From a virus, in the IMG/VR virus record IMGVR_UViG_3300023210_000015, positions 45,229 to 109,228 of that record: a stretch of DNA of 64,000 bases; one strand, given 5' to 3'. The position numbers and the translations under genes are program-made. Every line of letters starts with the position of its first letter. The first letter of the stretch is position 1. The notes beneath the pieces were generated by a model, which worked only from the letters and a program-made list of their open reading frames with translations, was not told the origin of the DNA and searched no databases. Of the stretch, positions 45,930-55,361 are shown piece by piece.

Positions 45930-48556
45930 ATTGGTATAAAACAATTTTTGCTGGGGCACAAGGAGATTATCTTCATTCGCTAGGAGCGAGTCAAGAAATC
46001 ATAGCTTATATTGTTTCTCAACCAAACATGCAATATCTCATTAATGCTTTTCGCAAGAATCCGCAGATGACATTAGAGCAAGTTAAAGAAATTAGCAATC
46101 CTAATAAAAGAGAATTAACAGAACTAGAATCTACGTTTATCGATACTTGTTGGGCCAATTCAGGGGTAGGAAAATGGGCGTTAATACAACTACAAAAAAT
46201 GTTTAGGACCGCTGAACGTACAGGTCAATCATTTTATCCTGATGTTTCGACAGCAATAGCTTACCGTTTAACTCTACAACATACTTGTGGCAGAATGAAC
46301 GAAGTCGGACAACAGTTCGCACAAATTGGAGACTGGGTTGTTCGTAGTGAAGACGAGTTCGATCTGTTAAATTATACCTATGAACAAGCCGTAGTCGCTT
46401 CTGATGCTTGGCATGAGCGAATGGCAAAAGGAGGAGCAGGAAAAGAATATGAAGAAAAAAATATTGTCTATGGACCAGAGTGGGTAAATAGGGGAGGGGA
46501 TAAGATCGACGAATTTGAAGGTTGGACCATACAAAATGTTAAAACTGCAAATGATTTAGAAGTAGAGGGACATTTGATGGATCACTGTTTTGCACCAGGG
46601 GCATTGGTAAGGACCAAGAGCGGATATAAGTCGATAGAAGACATCAAAACCGGGGAAGAAGTGCTATGTGAAGGGGGTGGTTTCAACCGGGTATTGAGAC
46701 TGTTCAAAAATCAATATAATGGGCCAATGATTAAATTTGCAACAAGGTTTGGCATCAAGGAAACATTGGTTACTTTAAATCATGAATTTGTGACCATGAT
46801 AAAAAACCAGAAACATTTTGAAAGTAAACACCAGTGTCGTAAACACATATGCGGACAGGTAAAACACAATTCAAACGAAATACATAATTTAAAGTGGGAA
46901 AAAATTGGCAATTTAAATTCATGGAGCTATTTACTGTCAACTGTTCCAAGGCAATTTGCTGATATCAATACTGTTAAAGTACCAGAGCAATATACAAATA
47001 GTAGAAGAAGAGGAAACAGGATATATACTGTGAATTCTGATTTTTTATGGATAATCGGCATGTTTATAGCAGAAGGGAGCGCTACTGGTGATCAAATTTC
47101 TTTTGGGCTTTCCAAGGATGAACGAAATTATGTAGATAAAATAATGTCATTCTTTACTGATAACGGATTTTATGCTAAAATTAGAAAAGATAAAGAAGAC
47201 TATGGTGGTATGGTTGTTGTTATAAGGAGTAGAATGCTTTCTGACTGGTTTTCAAATTGGCTAGGTAAAGGGTGCGATAATAAACATATCCCATCTGAGT
47301 TATTAAATCTCCCGAATGAGAAGGTGTATCACTTATATAAGGGGGTACTAGATGGAGATGGCTGTGAATCTCATAAGGTTTTAAATCAAACTTCGCCTGT
47401 TCTTGCTCTTCAGATGACAGAAATTGGTCTTCGACTGGGAATCGTGCCGACAATTTCTCATCGCACTAATAAGGGTAAAAAAGATACATATCCTATTGAG
47501 GGAATAGACACATCTTTAAGTTACAAAAAAAGTAAAGTTGAGAAACAAAATATATGGAACTTAGATAATAACCTGTTAATCCATCCACACGTATTCGAAA
47601 AGGTAAAATATACTGGTCCTGTGTATAATTTAGAGGTAGAAAACGTTCATTCCTACACGATACAAAACATATTAGTCCATAATTGTGTCGGTGGTTATTG
47701 TGATGATGTAGAACGTGGAGACTCAATAATATATTCATTGCGTGATCCTAAAAATATGCCTCATGTAACTATAGAGGTTGATGGTCATGAGGGCGGCGTA
47801 AATCAGGTGCAGGGTCACAGCAACAGTGAACCAAAAGATAAATATAAAGACATGATCAAACACTGGATTCAAAATGATAAAAATTCTCCTAAATTTATGG
47901 ATGATCCGGAAGAAGGTATACTTAAAGGATATTGGGAGTTAAGAAACTTAAGAGATATGAGTCCAAGATTGTTATTGGAATCCCTAGAGAGCCGTGTCGC
48001 TGGAGGAGATGAATATGGTCTGAGGCATGGTGATATTTATTATGATATGACAAATGTATTTGATCTTGCCTGGCGTTCTGTTGGAAAAAATGCACAGTAT
48101 GGCATGTATGCTGGCGATGGCGGTCTTGGTGAATTTATGGTTGAGGCTGCTTTAGATAGTGACGATTTATCTAAAGAAGATGATAATAAAAAATGTCTTC
48201 GTAGTCTTATTGACGAGATGACACAGGTGGAAGAAGATTCCAGAGACGAGTATCAACGACAGCATATAGATGTCGGTATTCCATATCCGCAAGAAGAAGA
48301 ATATGAAAACCCGGCAGAATATGAAGAAGCTTTGGAAGATTATCAAAAACAAGAGGATGAATTATTAAGTGGGATGTTCCCTTTTCCTTGGGTAACATTG
48401 CTTTGGCAAAAAATTCAAGAAAAATTTCAACAAAGATATGATCAAGATTTTACCAAATGGTATGAAGAGTACCAAGAACGAAGAAGAGAAGAGATGAAAG
48501 AACGAGAGAGACTGCGTGAACTAAACCGTGAACCAAAAACGATATTGGATGATTGA
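45926..48556 (+). CDS. MNWY-tagged PcfJ-like domain protein with an intein
   Basis: DL..EG..M.H|CVGGY...IYSLRD....PHVTIEV...QVQG..N..P. Confidence 0.78.
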   Translation: MNWYKTIFAGAQGDYLHSLGASQEIIAYIVSQPNMQYLINAFRKNPQMTLEQVKEISNPNKRELTELESTFIDTCWANSGVGKWALIQLQKMFRTAERTGQSFYPDVSTAIAYRLTLQHTCGRMNEVGQQFAQIGDWVVRSEDEFDLLNYTYEQAVVASDAWHERMAKGGAGKEYEEKNIVYGPEWVNRGGDKIDEFEGWTIQNVKTANDLEVEGHLMDHCFAPGALVRTKSGYKSIEDIKTGEEVLCEGGGFNRVLRLFKNQYNGPMIKFATRFGIKETLVTLNHEFVTMIKNQKHFESKHQCRKHICGQVKHNSNEIHNLKWEKIGNLNSWSYLLSTVPRQFADINTVKVPEQYTNSRRRGNRIYTVNSDFLWIIGMFIAEGSATGDQISFGLSKDERNYVDKIMSFFTDNGFYAKIRKDKEDYGGMVVVIRSRMLSDWFSNWLGKGCDNKHIPSELLNLPNEKVYHLYKGVLDGDGCESHKVLNQTSPVLALQMTEIGLRLGIVPTISHRTNKGKKDTYPIEGIDTSLSYKKSKVEKQNIWNLDNNLLIHPHVFEKVKYTGPVYNLEVENVHSYTIQNILVHNCVGGYCDDVERGDSIIYSLRDPKNMPHVTIEVDGHEGGVNQVQGHSNSEPKDKYKDMIKHWIQNDKNSPKFMDDPEEGILKGYWELRNLRDMSPRLLLESLESRVAGGDEYGLRHGDIYYDMTNVFDLAWRSVGKNAQYGMYAGDGGLGEFMVEAALDSDDLSKEDDNKKCLRSLIDEMTQVEEDSRDEYQRQHIDVGIPYPQEEEYENPAEYEEALEDYQKQEDELLSGMFPFPWVTLLWQKIQEKFQQRYDQDFTKWYEEYQERRREEMKERERLRELNREPKTILDD
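46586..47683 (+). mobile_element. intein with LAGLIDADG endonuclease in the PcfJ-like domain (366 aa)
   Basis: MDH|CFAPGALVRT; VTLNHEF; IGMFIAEGS and GVLDGDG; ends VYNLEV...LVHN|C. Confidence 0.9.
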
Positions 48557-48619
48557 ATTTAAACCGAATAAATAGGAACGAGGAAGAGAGTCGTTCTTTT
48601 CCAGAAAGGAGTCGTTCCT

Positions 48620-49084
48620 ATGGAAACAAGTAAATTGTACCCAGTTTTACTCACACTTCTAGATATTTGCAAAGAACGTAAAGGAAGAATGGACAAATCT
48701 CATTATACAGGCATTGCTTTAGCTAAAGAATTTTGCACAATAGAATTAAAGGCGTGTAGAGGAGCAGGACATACATTGGCTATTATCAATTTAGTACAAA
48801 GTAGATTTGACAAATCTATTATAATGGTCCCCTCAGAAAATCAAAAACACACATTGATTAGTTCTCTAGAATATTATGGTGTACCTGAAGATAGATATAG
48901 CATTTCGTGTGTTGGAAGTGGCAAATGTCGACAGGTCATGATGAGGGGCGTTGACTATAGCATGATTGATGCCGTACTCTGGGATTGTGCCTATACATTG
49001 ACCAATAAAGACAAAGATAATATGTATGCTGCTATATTGCCTTCTTGTGGAAGGAGTATACCTTATTTTATTTTTTTAGAATAG
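48620..49084 (+). CDS. small degenerate P-loop-like protein
   Basis: CRGAGHT and DAVLWD resemble Walker A/B remnants. Confidence 0.45.
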   Translation: METSKLYPVLLTLLDICKERKGRMDKSHYTGIALAKEFCTIELKACRGAGHTLAIINLVQSRFDKSIIMVPSENQKHTLISSLEYYGVPEDRYSISCVGSGKCRQVMMRGVDYSMIDAVLWDCAYTLTNKDKDNMYAAILPSCGRSIPYFIFLE

Positions 49085-49098
49085 AACTATAATGTAGT

Positions 49099-49818
49099 AT
49101 GGAACGTAAGAGTTTTTGTTTGGCAGAATTAATGATAGCCATTGGGATAATGGCTATTGGTCTGATAATGGCAGCAACTTTGTTTCCCGCTGCGATACGA
49201 GAACATAGCAGATCAGCGAGAAGCGTCATGGGGACAATTATCTCTGAAAATGCCTTAGAAACTGTTATGGCTACTCTAAAGCACCCTCTACAAGATAACA
49301 GTGGTACAATTGTCGAAGCGGATATGCTTAATTGTACGGAAAAAGTTCAACCACCTGAAGTTAGGAGATATCCAGCCGGTAGTGCGGATACAAAATTTGG
49401 TTTTCTCGTTTTCGCCAGAGTAAAGACCGAAGATAAAAACGACTATATCTTATCAATGGTTTCTTTTTGCAAATCAGACAAAGATAATACTATTGAGGCG
49501 ATAAAATTGACAGGTGTTACCATACCGTCAGGTGATAAAACTTTTGATATTAGTGGTTATGTGCCATCGGTTGGAGATAGATATAGAATTATTGGTTCGC
49601 CAGTAATAGCCCCCAGTGGTTATTACGCCACGATTATAGGCATTGATGGAGATAATGCTGTGTTAGATCATACGATTATAGGCGTTGATTCTGTTAATCC
49701 GTGGATTATTGTAGAAAAAAGTGGGGCTGCTTTTGCTGGCACTCGCAGTCCTGCTCTGATCGTATTTATGACACGTATGGCTTTGCCAACACGCCCAGCA
49801 GAGAAAGTGCCTGCATAA
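49099..49818 (+). CDS. prepilin-type N-terminal cleavage/methylation domain protein (minor pilin/pseudopilin-like)
   Basis: RKS|FCLAELMIAIGIMAIGLIMAATLFP, with Glu at +5 and a hydrophobic helix. Confidence 0.75.
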   Translation: MERKSFCLAELMIAIGIMAIGLIMAATLFPAAIREHSRSARSVMGTIISENALETVMATLKHPLQDNSGTIVEADMLNCTEKVQPPEVRRYPAGSADTKFGFLVFARVKTEDKNDYILSMVSFCKSDKDNTIEAIKLTGVTIPSGDKTFDISGYVPSVGDRYRIIGSPVIAPSGYYATIIGIDGDNAVLDHTIIGVDSVNPWIIVEKSGAAFAGTRSPALIVFMTRMALPTRPAEKVPA

Positions 49819-49824
49819 ACATTT

Positions 49825-50280
49825 CTAAGACGGTGCTAAAGTCCCGTGTATCCTCGGGACCAATTAGCAGCTTGTCGTCTAGCGAAAAGGCGATGTCGCG
49901 TGGTGTGTATCCTCGCCACAAAAAATGGATTCAGTGGCCCTAGACTAGACTGGGGCAAACCATGTATAAACTATGCAGATTACTCAATTACATGTATAGG
50001 CAGGAGAGAGACGCACCGGCTTGACTACTTCCCCGGTGTTATCGTTTGAATCCTGACGCTGCGATTGGAACTCGTTGGAGATAACAGCGTTAACAAATGA
50101 AAACTACCCGTATGGGATAATATCGTTGATATAGAGCTTTAAGCACAATGTCTTCTATATTATTGCTCCAGTAGTGAAGCCCACAATATACCATTGAGGC
50201 ATCACGCTTCCTTGCTTACTTTATTGTTTTTTAAAGTAAAAACTTGGAAGTAGATGTGCGCCAACAATGCCCATTTCGGC
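49825..50280 (+). ncRNA. candidate large structured RNA (unassigned)
   Basis: At least 8 consecutive stems, two with the identical loop TGTATCCT; internal G-U pairs favour the + strand; no credible ORF. Confidence 0.55.
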
Positions 50281-50325
50281 ATATATCTCTAAAGGAGAAA
50301 TTTATAATTCGGCGAAAATAATACT

Positions 50326-50772
50326 ATGAACTGGTATAAGTACGCCAATACGGAACGTAAAATCTTTAGAAATCCTGATAAAGCAACTTTTCAAGCTCTC
50401 TTGGCAGAATATAATGGTGGGATGAGAGGAGCATTGATGTTTACTGGTGATCTATATGTAGGAAATGGGGATTACCATAGTCATGCAGATTTGCTAAAAG
50501 GACTTAAAGGTATCAAAGGAAATGAGTTTTTTCGATTAAATATTGCTAGTATAAGTGAATTAAATGTTGAAATATGGTTAGATTATCATGAAATATTTGA
50601 AGACGAAGATGACCCTGATAGCAAAATAATTCTACCAGATTCATATGCAGTAGATGTGGCAAATAAAATCAAGGGAGCTAATGCTATAAAAAGAGCTTTT
50701 GGTACTCCTCCGCAAGTTAAAGTTATCGTTTACGATTACGATGCGTTTATACATATAGAAGAAACGATATGA
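50326..50772 (+). CDS. MNWY-tagged hypothetical protein
   Basis: Starts MNWYKYAN. Confidence 0.65.
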   Translation: MNWYKYANTERKIFRNPDKATFQALLAEYNGGMRGALMFTGDLYVGNGDYHSHADLLKGLKGIKGNEFFRLNIASISELNVEIWLDYHEIFEDEDDPDSKIILPDSYAVDVANKIKGANAIKRAFGTPPQVKVIVYDYDAFIHIEETI

Positions 50773-51491
50773 ACTGGTATAAAATATCAAGTCCTATTAT
50801 AGAAATAAAAGATAATCCTACCTACAGTGGTATAGGCCATGAAGGATGGGAGAGTTTTGATTATGATAAAGAAAAAGATCGATATTTTTATACTGGCGAA
50901 AGAGATTTCAGCAAATACAAACAGTACATATGGTTAATTGATAGAAAATGGGATTTTTACTCTTATGATGCAATAGATAATAAAGAAGAAGAAGGCAAAC
51001 AAACGTTGCGTAGTCACATGGATTTATTCGGTTCGAAAATGAGAAGTAAGAATTTTTATGCGGCTGGTAGATATGAACAGTCTGATGAATATCCTGAAGG
51101 AATGGTTAGTATGCAAATCTCTCTTGACATAGAAAATAATTTTTCTATATATCAAGCAGATCATATTATTAAGCGTGTAGAAAAGATTCTTGATGAAAAA
51201 TTCCATAATCCAATTATTTTACGTTATGGGAGTAGCGACAAAATCAAAAAGTATGCTCAATCTCCTATAGAACAAATTTTCTATGATCCTGACTATTGGG
51301 AACTAAAAATAAAGTTTAAGAGCGGACCAACAGTTTACACATATCAGAGTGTATCTCCGTTTGTTTATGAAAAACTTAGAATATTGCTTGGTAAACAAAA
51401 TTATCCTAAAGTAATGGAAATGCTTGGAAATCTATCTGACCAAGATGATAGCGAACAGCTAGAGCCTAAAGAACAACTCAAACTTTTTTAA
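50769..51491 (+). CDS. MNWY-tagged protein with a C-terminal KTSC domain
   Basis: KKYAQ|SPIEQIFYDP....L.IKFKSG..YTY..V...VY..L. Confidence 0.7.
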   Translation: MNWYKISSPIIEIKDNPTYSGIGHEGWESFDYDKEKDRYFYTGERDFSKYKQYIWLIDRKWDFYSYDAIDNKEEEGKQTLRSHMDLFGSKMRSKNFYAAGRYEQSDEYPEGMVSMQISLDIENNFSIYQADHIIKRVEKILDEKFHNPIILRYGSSDKIKKYAQSPIEQIFYDPDYWELKIKFKSGPTVYTYQSVSPFVYEKLRILLGKQNYPKVMEMLGNLSDQDDSEQLEPKEQLKLF

Positions 51492-51539
51492 TCACTTCAT
51501 CCGATATAATATAAGTCAAAGTTGCAAAGGAGATTAACT

Positions 51540-51905
51540 ATGCCTAAACCAAAACCAGAAGATTTAGATATTTCTGTCGCTGATGAAATTAAAAGTAAAA
51601 TAAAAAACAAAGAGGATTTGAGAAAAATAAAAGTAGCTATATTCGATCCTAAGATAGAATTGTGTTTTATCTCCTCTAATAAATTGAGAGGGATAATTTC
51701 GCAAGGTAAACATCCTTTAGTAAAAAAGTTGCCTGATCAAATTAAAGCCCTTCTTTTGTCTGGTACACCATTTGCTATACAAAAAAAGATGGTGTATAAT
51801 TTTCTGACAGGGAATATAGATAAAAATAACAAATTTATTTTAGATAATGGTGATATTCGTATTGTTCATGCTAATGTATCGCTCTTAGATAAAGGAGAAG
51901 TATAA
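51540..51905 (+). CDS. hypothetical protein
   Basis: AAGGAG RBS before ATG 51540. Confidence 0.55.
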   Translation: MPKPKPEDLDISVADEIKSKIKNKEDLRKIKVAIFDPKIELCFISSNKLRGIISQGKHPLVKKLPDQIKALLLSGTPFAIQKKMVYNFLTGNIDKNNKFILDNGDIRIVHANVSLLDKGEV

Positions 51906-52249
51906 TGGAACCTGGTAAAGTAAAAAAAGGAGGGGTTAATCCTCCTCCGACTACACCAAAACCAAAATTCAGACACAGGGGGCAAAGAAGCAATTCAGAA
52001 GAAGTAGACGCTGAAGTATTAGACTTATCTGATTTGGGGCTTGGTGAAAAAGTAGACGTAGAAAAGATCGACTATAATGATATCGAAGGAAAATTTTTAT
52101 TAGTAAAAGTAGGAACGATACACGACCCTGCTGAAGACAACGATATTAATAATGTAGAGAAACAACTTAATAATATTTTTGATGAAGCAGGAGTCAATTG
52201 TTTATTATTTGTTACTCATCATGCTTTAGATATACAAGTGGTTAAGTAG
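51905..52249 (+). CDS. hypothetical protein
   Basis: AAGGAG RBS; coupled to the upstream gene. Confidence 0.55.
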   Translation: MEPGKVKKGGVNPPPTTPKPKFRHRGQRSNSEEVDAEVLDLSDLGLGEKVDVEKIDYNDIEGKFLLVKVGTIHDPAEDNDINNVEKQLNNIFDEAGVNCLLFVTHHALDIQVVK

Positions 52250-52311
52250 GATTTTTTATAACAATAATGAATTAATATATAGTTCTCTAATTACGTGTGA
52301 GGGAGCTTAAA

Positions 52312-52701
52312 ATGGAAAAGACAATTTTTAAAAATTTCGCAGAGTATTGGTGCTATGCTAAATGGTTTACAGATCATCAACGAGATATTATCCTGAGTAA
52401 TTTAGATGACACTCAAAGAAAAAATCTTATTAGTTCGTATAAGAATGGTGGCTGGGAAGATTTGGTAATAAGGGACGAACTCGATAAAAAAATAGATATG
52501 CTTAAAAAAAGCACGGGTATAGATTTATTGGCGTGTCGCTGTAAAATTATGAGCGGAAAAAGTGTACATATGAAAAAAGATGAGTGGGAGCTAATAAAAG
52601 AAATGTTTAAAAATTATAAAGCATCTCACACATATTACGTTTTAGGCGGTATAAAAACTGAAGAATTAGACAAACACGAGATACTATTAGTAAAGAATTA
52701 A
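52312..52701 (+). CDS. hypothetical protein
   Basis: GGGAG RBS before ATG 52312. Confidence 0.55.
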   Translation: MEKTIFKNFAEYWCYAKWFTDHQRDIILSNLDDTQRKNLISSYKNGGWEDLVIRDELDKKIDMLKKSTGIDLLACRCKIMSGKSVHMKKDEWELIKEMFKNYKASHTYYVLGGIKTEELDKHEILLVKN

Positions 52702-52788
52702 ACTTGTAAGAATTAGTCAAACATGGAAGGAAGATACTCCTTTTTATAGAAATATAGAGAGGAGTATTTTAGATAAGAGAGGATTCTT

Positions 52789-55176
52789 GTGTCTCTGAAT
52801 ACGAAATTTAATTTGCACAAATATGCTAGAATGATGATATTCGCCAATGAAGCCCTAAATTTCATTCAAGTTGAGGATAGGCTTGAACTAGAAAAGGCCG
52901 CTAGAGGCATTGGAATAGATCAGATTCCGGCATTAAATACATTTATTAAGGCCATTTCTGATAAACATACAGCAGGGGAAATTACTCCAGACCAAGCGTT
53001 TGAATTTATTTTAGCAAAAATACAAGAATTTCAAGCAGCAGTACAGCCAGAACCTCAACAACCAGTAGAACAGGCTCCTGTTCAAGAAGATCAAGAAGAA
53101 ATCCCAGAAGATTTTTGGCAAGGGAAGTTGATTTCTGAACCTAACTCTAGCGAATTCAAACAAAAGATGATAGAATATAAAGATTTGAACATCGTTCCAA
53201 GAAGAGCCGGTGGCAGACTTCCCGCTGCATATAATAGAGATGACACATTCTCTGATTTTTCAAAGCAATCAACTAAGTTTCTTTATAGTAACCCTGATGT
53301 AGTTGCCGATATCATGAAAATGATAGGCGGCGAAGGGGTAATGAACAATAGAAACTTCAATAACATTGAACAGTCCGTTAACAACGCAATTGAGGCAGGT
53401 CTTTCTCCTTCGTTCTATCTTGTTTCATATATGAAAAATGGTCAAAAGGTACAAGAAATCGAAGATCACAAAGATGGAAGAATAAGTTTTGTTTTGAGTA
53501 GTCCTAAGATATTTGAAGTATTTAACAATCGTTTCAAACAAGCTACTGGTGACGACTTAATTCAGAGGTTGAATGAGAACGGTGTCACTGAAATAAATGA
53601 TGTTACTTTGGGTAAAACGTTGCCATATAATGTTGTAGCTCAAACTTTAAAACAATATCCCAACAATGGTCTGACAGAGTTTATGGACGCTTTGATAGAC
53701 AAAAAATATGAATTGGTGAAAAAATGGATAGCTAGAACCGCTCGTTCTATTCTAGCTGGTGAATATTATGCTGGCTTCAAAACCAGATCATTAATCACAG
53801 AAACAAAAAGTGGGGACGAGTTTGAGTTGCCAGGCGAGGCTATTTCAGAACAAGGTCGCAAGATGAGTATTGAAGAGATGGAACAACAGAGGCAAACTGT
53901 AAAAGATTTTATGATGAAAAAGTTCCAAGGACTCAAAAAGATAGCCGATAAAGTGGTCGAAAAAATGGAACGAGCCGGTGACGCTGGTAATACCTCGAAA
54001 TACTTTAAGGCAGAGATTTTACAAAATCTTATTAATACATATCAAAATCAGTTGAGTGCCGTTCTCGACGAGGGCAACTTGACTAGTTTTAAAGACATGA
54101 TACAATTGAAGTCTACTGGTTCGTTTAGCGGTTACTTAAAAATGAATTTAGACCCAGAAAAAATGCGTGATGTAGATTTTAGAAAACTGATTACTGGTTT
54201 TAAAGGCAGAAAAAGCAAAGGTGGAGAACCAAACGTAGAAACAAATGTTCTTGATAGTTTTAATGAGGTTGTGAAGGGCAGAGTTGCCCTTATCCACGCT
54301 TTGCGTACTGAATTCGGCAGAAGTCACTCAAAACAATTCATAGCACAGCAAGCCGATATGAGCGTTGAACAATTAAATTATTTGCTATCCACGGGTCTTC
54401 AAGATTTGAAAACGCTGTATAGTATTCCAACAGAAGAAGAATATGCTGCGATGTTGGAAGAACGTCGCACGATAAGAGGAAGATTAGCAGATTATGTAGA
54501 AGCCCATCCTGATGCAACTCTTGAAAATTTAAAATCTGTTATGATTTTGGATATTATCAATAACGATTTTACAGGGGCGTTGAAAGATAAAGAGATAGTT
54601 GCTTTGATGAAGGATGTTAAAAAGCAAGGAGCAGATTCTTTTAAAGCATCTTTAGTTCCGAAACAACCGGAAGATATCACACAACAATACAATAAGTTGT
54701 TTAAACAAAAAGAGTTATATAAAAAGATTATTGGCGACACTCTAAGGTGGGACATGGCTAATTGGGTTGAGACTCTATTGGAAATGGTCGAAAGTGGTGA
54801 AGCCGATTATGACTCAATGAATTTATTCCTATCATTTATAAATCCTCACCGTACCATAAGAGAGGGAAGAAGGTATTCAAAGGCTACTCCTCTTTTGTGG
54901 AAGTTGTATGGTTTTAAGACATTTGAGGAATTGCCACCGGAGATACAAGAGGAATTGAGAAACAATGGTATTACATCTCTCCCTGAATCTACAGAGAAAT
55001 TGAGCATGTCTGAAAAAATGGTATTGTTTGCCTTTAATCGTGCCGAAAATAAGATTAGGAAACTATGGCACATGAAGCAGAACTTGACGAAAACGGCTAG
55101 TGTTATATCTATTGACAATAAGATAAAACAGGTGGCATCCGAAGCTCTTAAAGAAATAAGAACGTATAAAATATAA
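52789..55176 (+). CDS. large helical hypothetical protein, candidate internal virion protein
   Basis: N-terminal KFNLHKYAR; C-terminal TKTAS; own promoter-like box. Confidence 0.6.
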   Translation: MSLNTKFNLHKYARMMIFANEALNFIQVEDRLELEKAARGIGIDQIPALNTFIKAISDKHTAGEITPDQAFEFILAKIQEFQAAVQPEPQQPVEQAPVQEDQEEIPEDFWQGKLISEPNSSEFKQKMIEYKDLNIVPRRAGGRLPAAYNRDDTFSDFSKQSTKFLYSNPDVVADIMKMIGGEGVMNNRNFNNIEQSVNNAIEAGLSPSFYLVSYMKNGQKVQEIEDHKDGRISFVLSSPKIFEVFNNRFKQATGDDLIQRLNENGVTEINDVTLGKTLPYNVVAQTLKQYPNNGLTEFMDALIDKKYELVKKWIARTARSILAGEYYAGFKTRSLITETKSGDEFELPGEAISEQGRKMSIEEMEQQRQTVKDFMMKKFQGLKKIADKVVEKMERAGDAGNTSKYFKAEILQNLINTYQNQLSAVLDEGNLTSFKDMIQLKSTGSFSGYLKMNLDPEKMRDVDFRKLITGFKGRKSKGGEPNVETNVLDSFNEVVKGRVALIHALRTEFGRSHSKQFIAQQADMSVEQLNYLLSTGLQDLKTLYSIPTEEEYAAMLEERRTIRGRLADYVEAHPDATLENLKSVMILDIINNDFTGALKDKEIVALMKDVKKQGADSFKASLVPKQPEDITQQYNKLFKQKELYKKIIGDTLRWDMANWVETLLEMVESGEADYDSMNLFLSFINPHRTIREGRRYSKATPLLWKLYGFKTFEELPPEIQEELRNNGITSLPESTEKLSMSEKMVLFAFNRAENKIRKLWHMKQNLTKTASVISIDNKIKQVASEALKEIRTYKI

Positions 55177-55184
55177 GGCTAACT

Positions 55185-55361
55185 ATGATAAAAATCGTTT
55201 GCGTATGTGGCTTTTGTGGTAATAGCGATCAGGATGAAGGCACTTTGGAATTCAATTTCAGGGACTTCAAGGTTTATTTCGTTTGTCCTAAATGCGAAAA
55301 AATGAATCAACTTTTGCTTGAGCCACCACGACAACAACTCCCAAAGATAAGCAGGGTTTAA
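55185..55361 (+). CDS. 58-aa Zn-ribbon protein (not in the ORF track)
   Basis: MIKIVCVCGFCG...VCPKCEK...; stop overlaps the next ATG (TAATG). Confidence 0.65.
   Translation: MIKIVCVCGFCGNSDQDEGTLEFNFRDFKVYFVCPKCEKMNQLLLEPPRQQLPKISRV

Noticed and set aside
49701-50049. Short ORFs 49701..49943 and 49846..50049
   Set aside because: GTG starts without an RBS and atypical composition; better explained as overlapping a structured RNA.
49801-50100. RNase P RNA or tmRNA
   Set aside because: Fragments such as AAAGTCC, CCGGCTT and GAAAGTGCC occur, but in the wrong order or with imperfect P4 pairing. There is no tRNA-like acceptor stem or T-arm.
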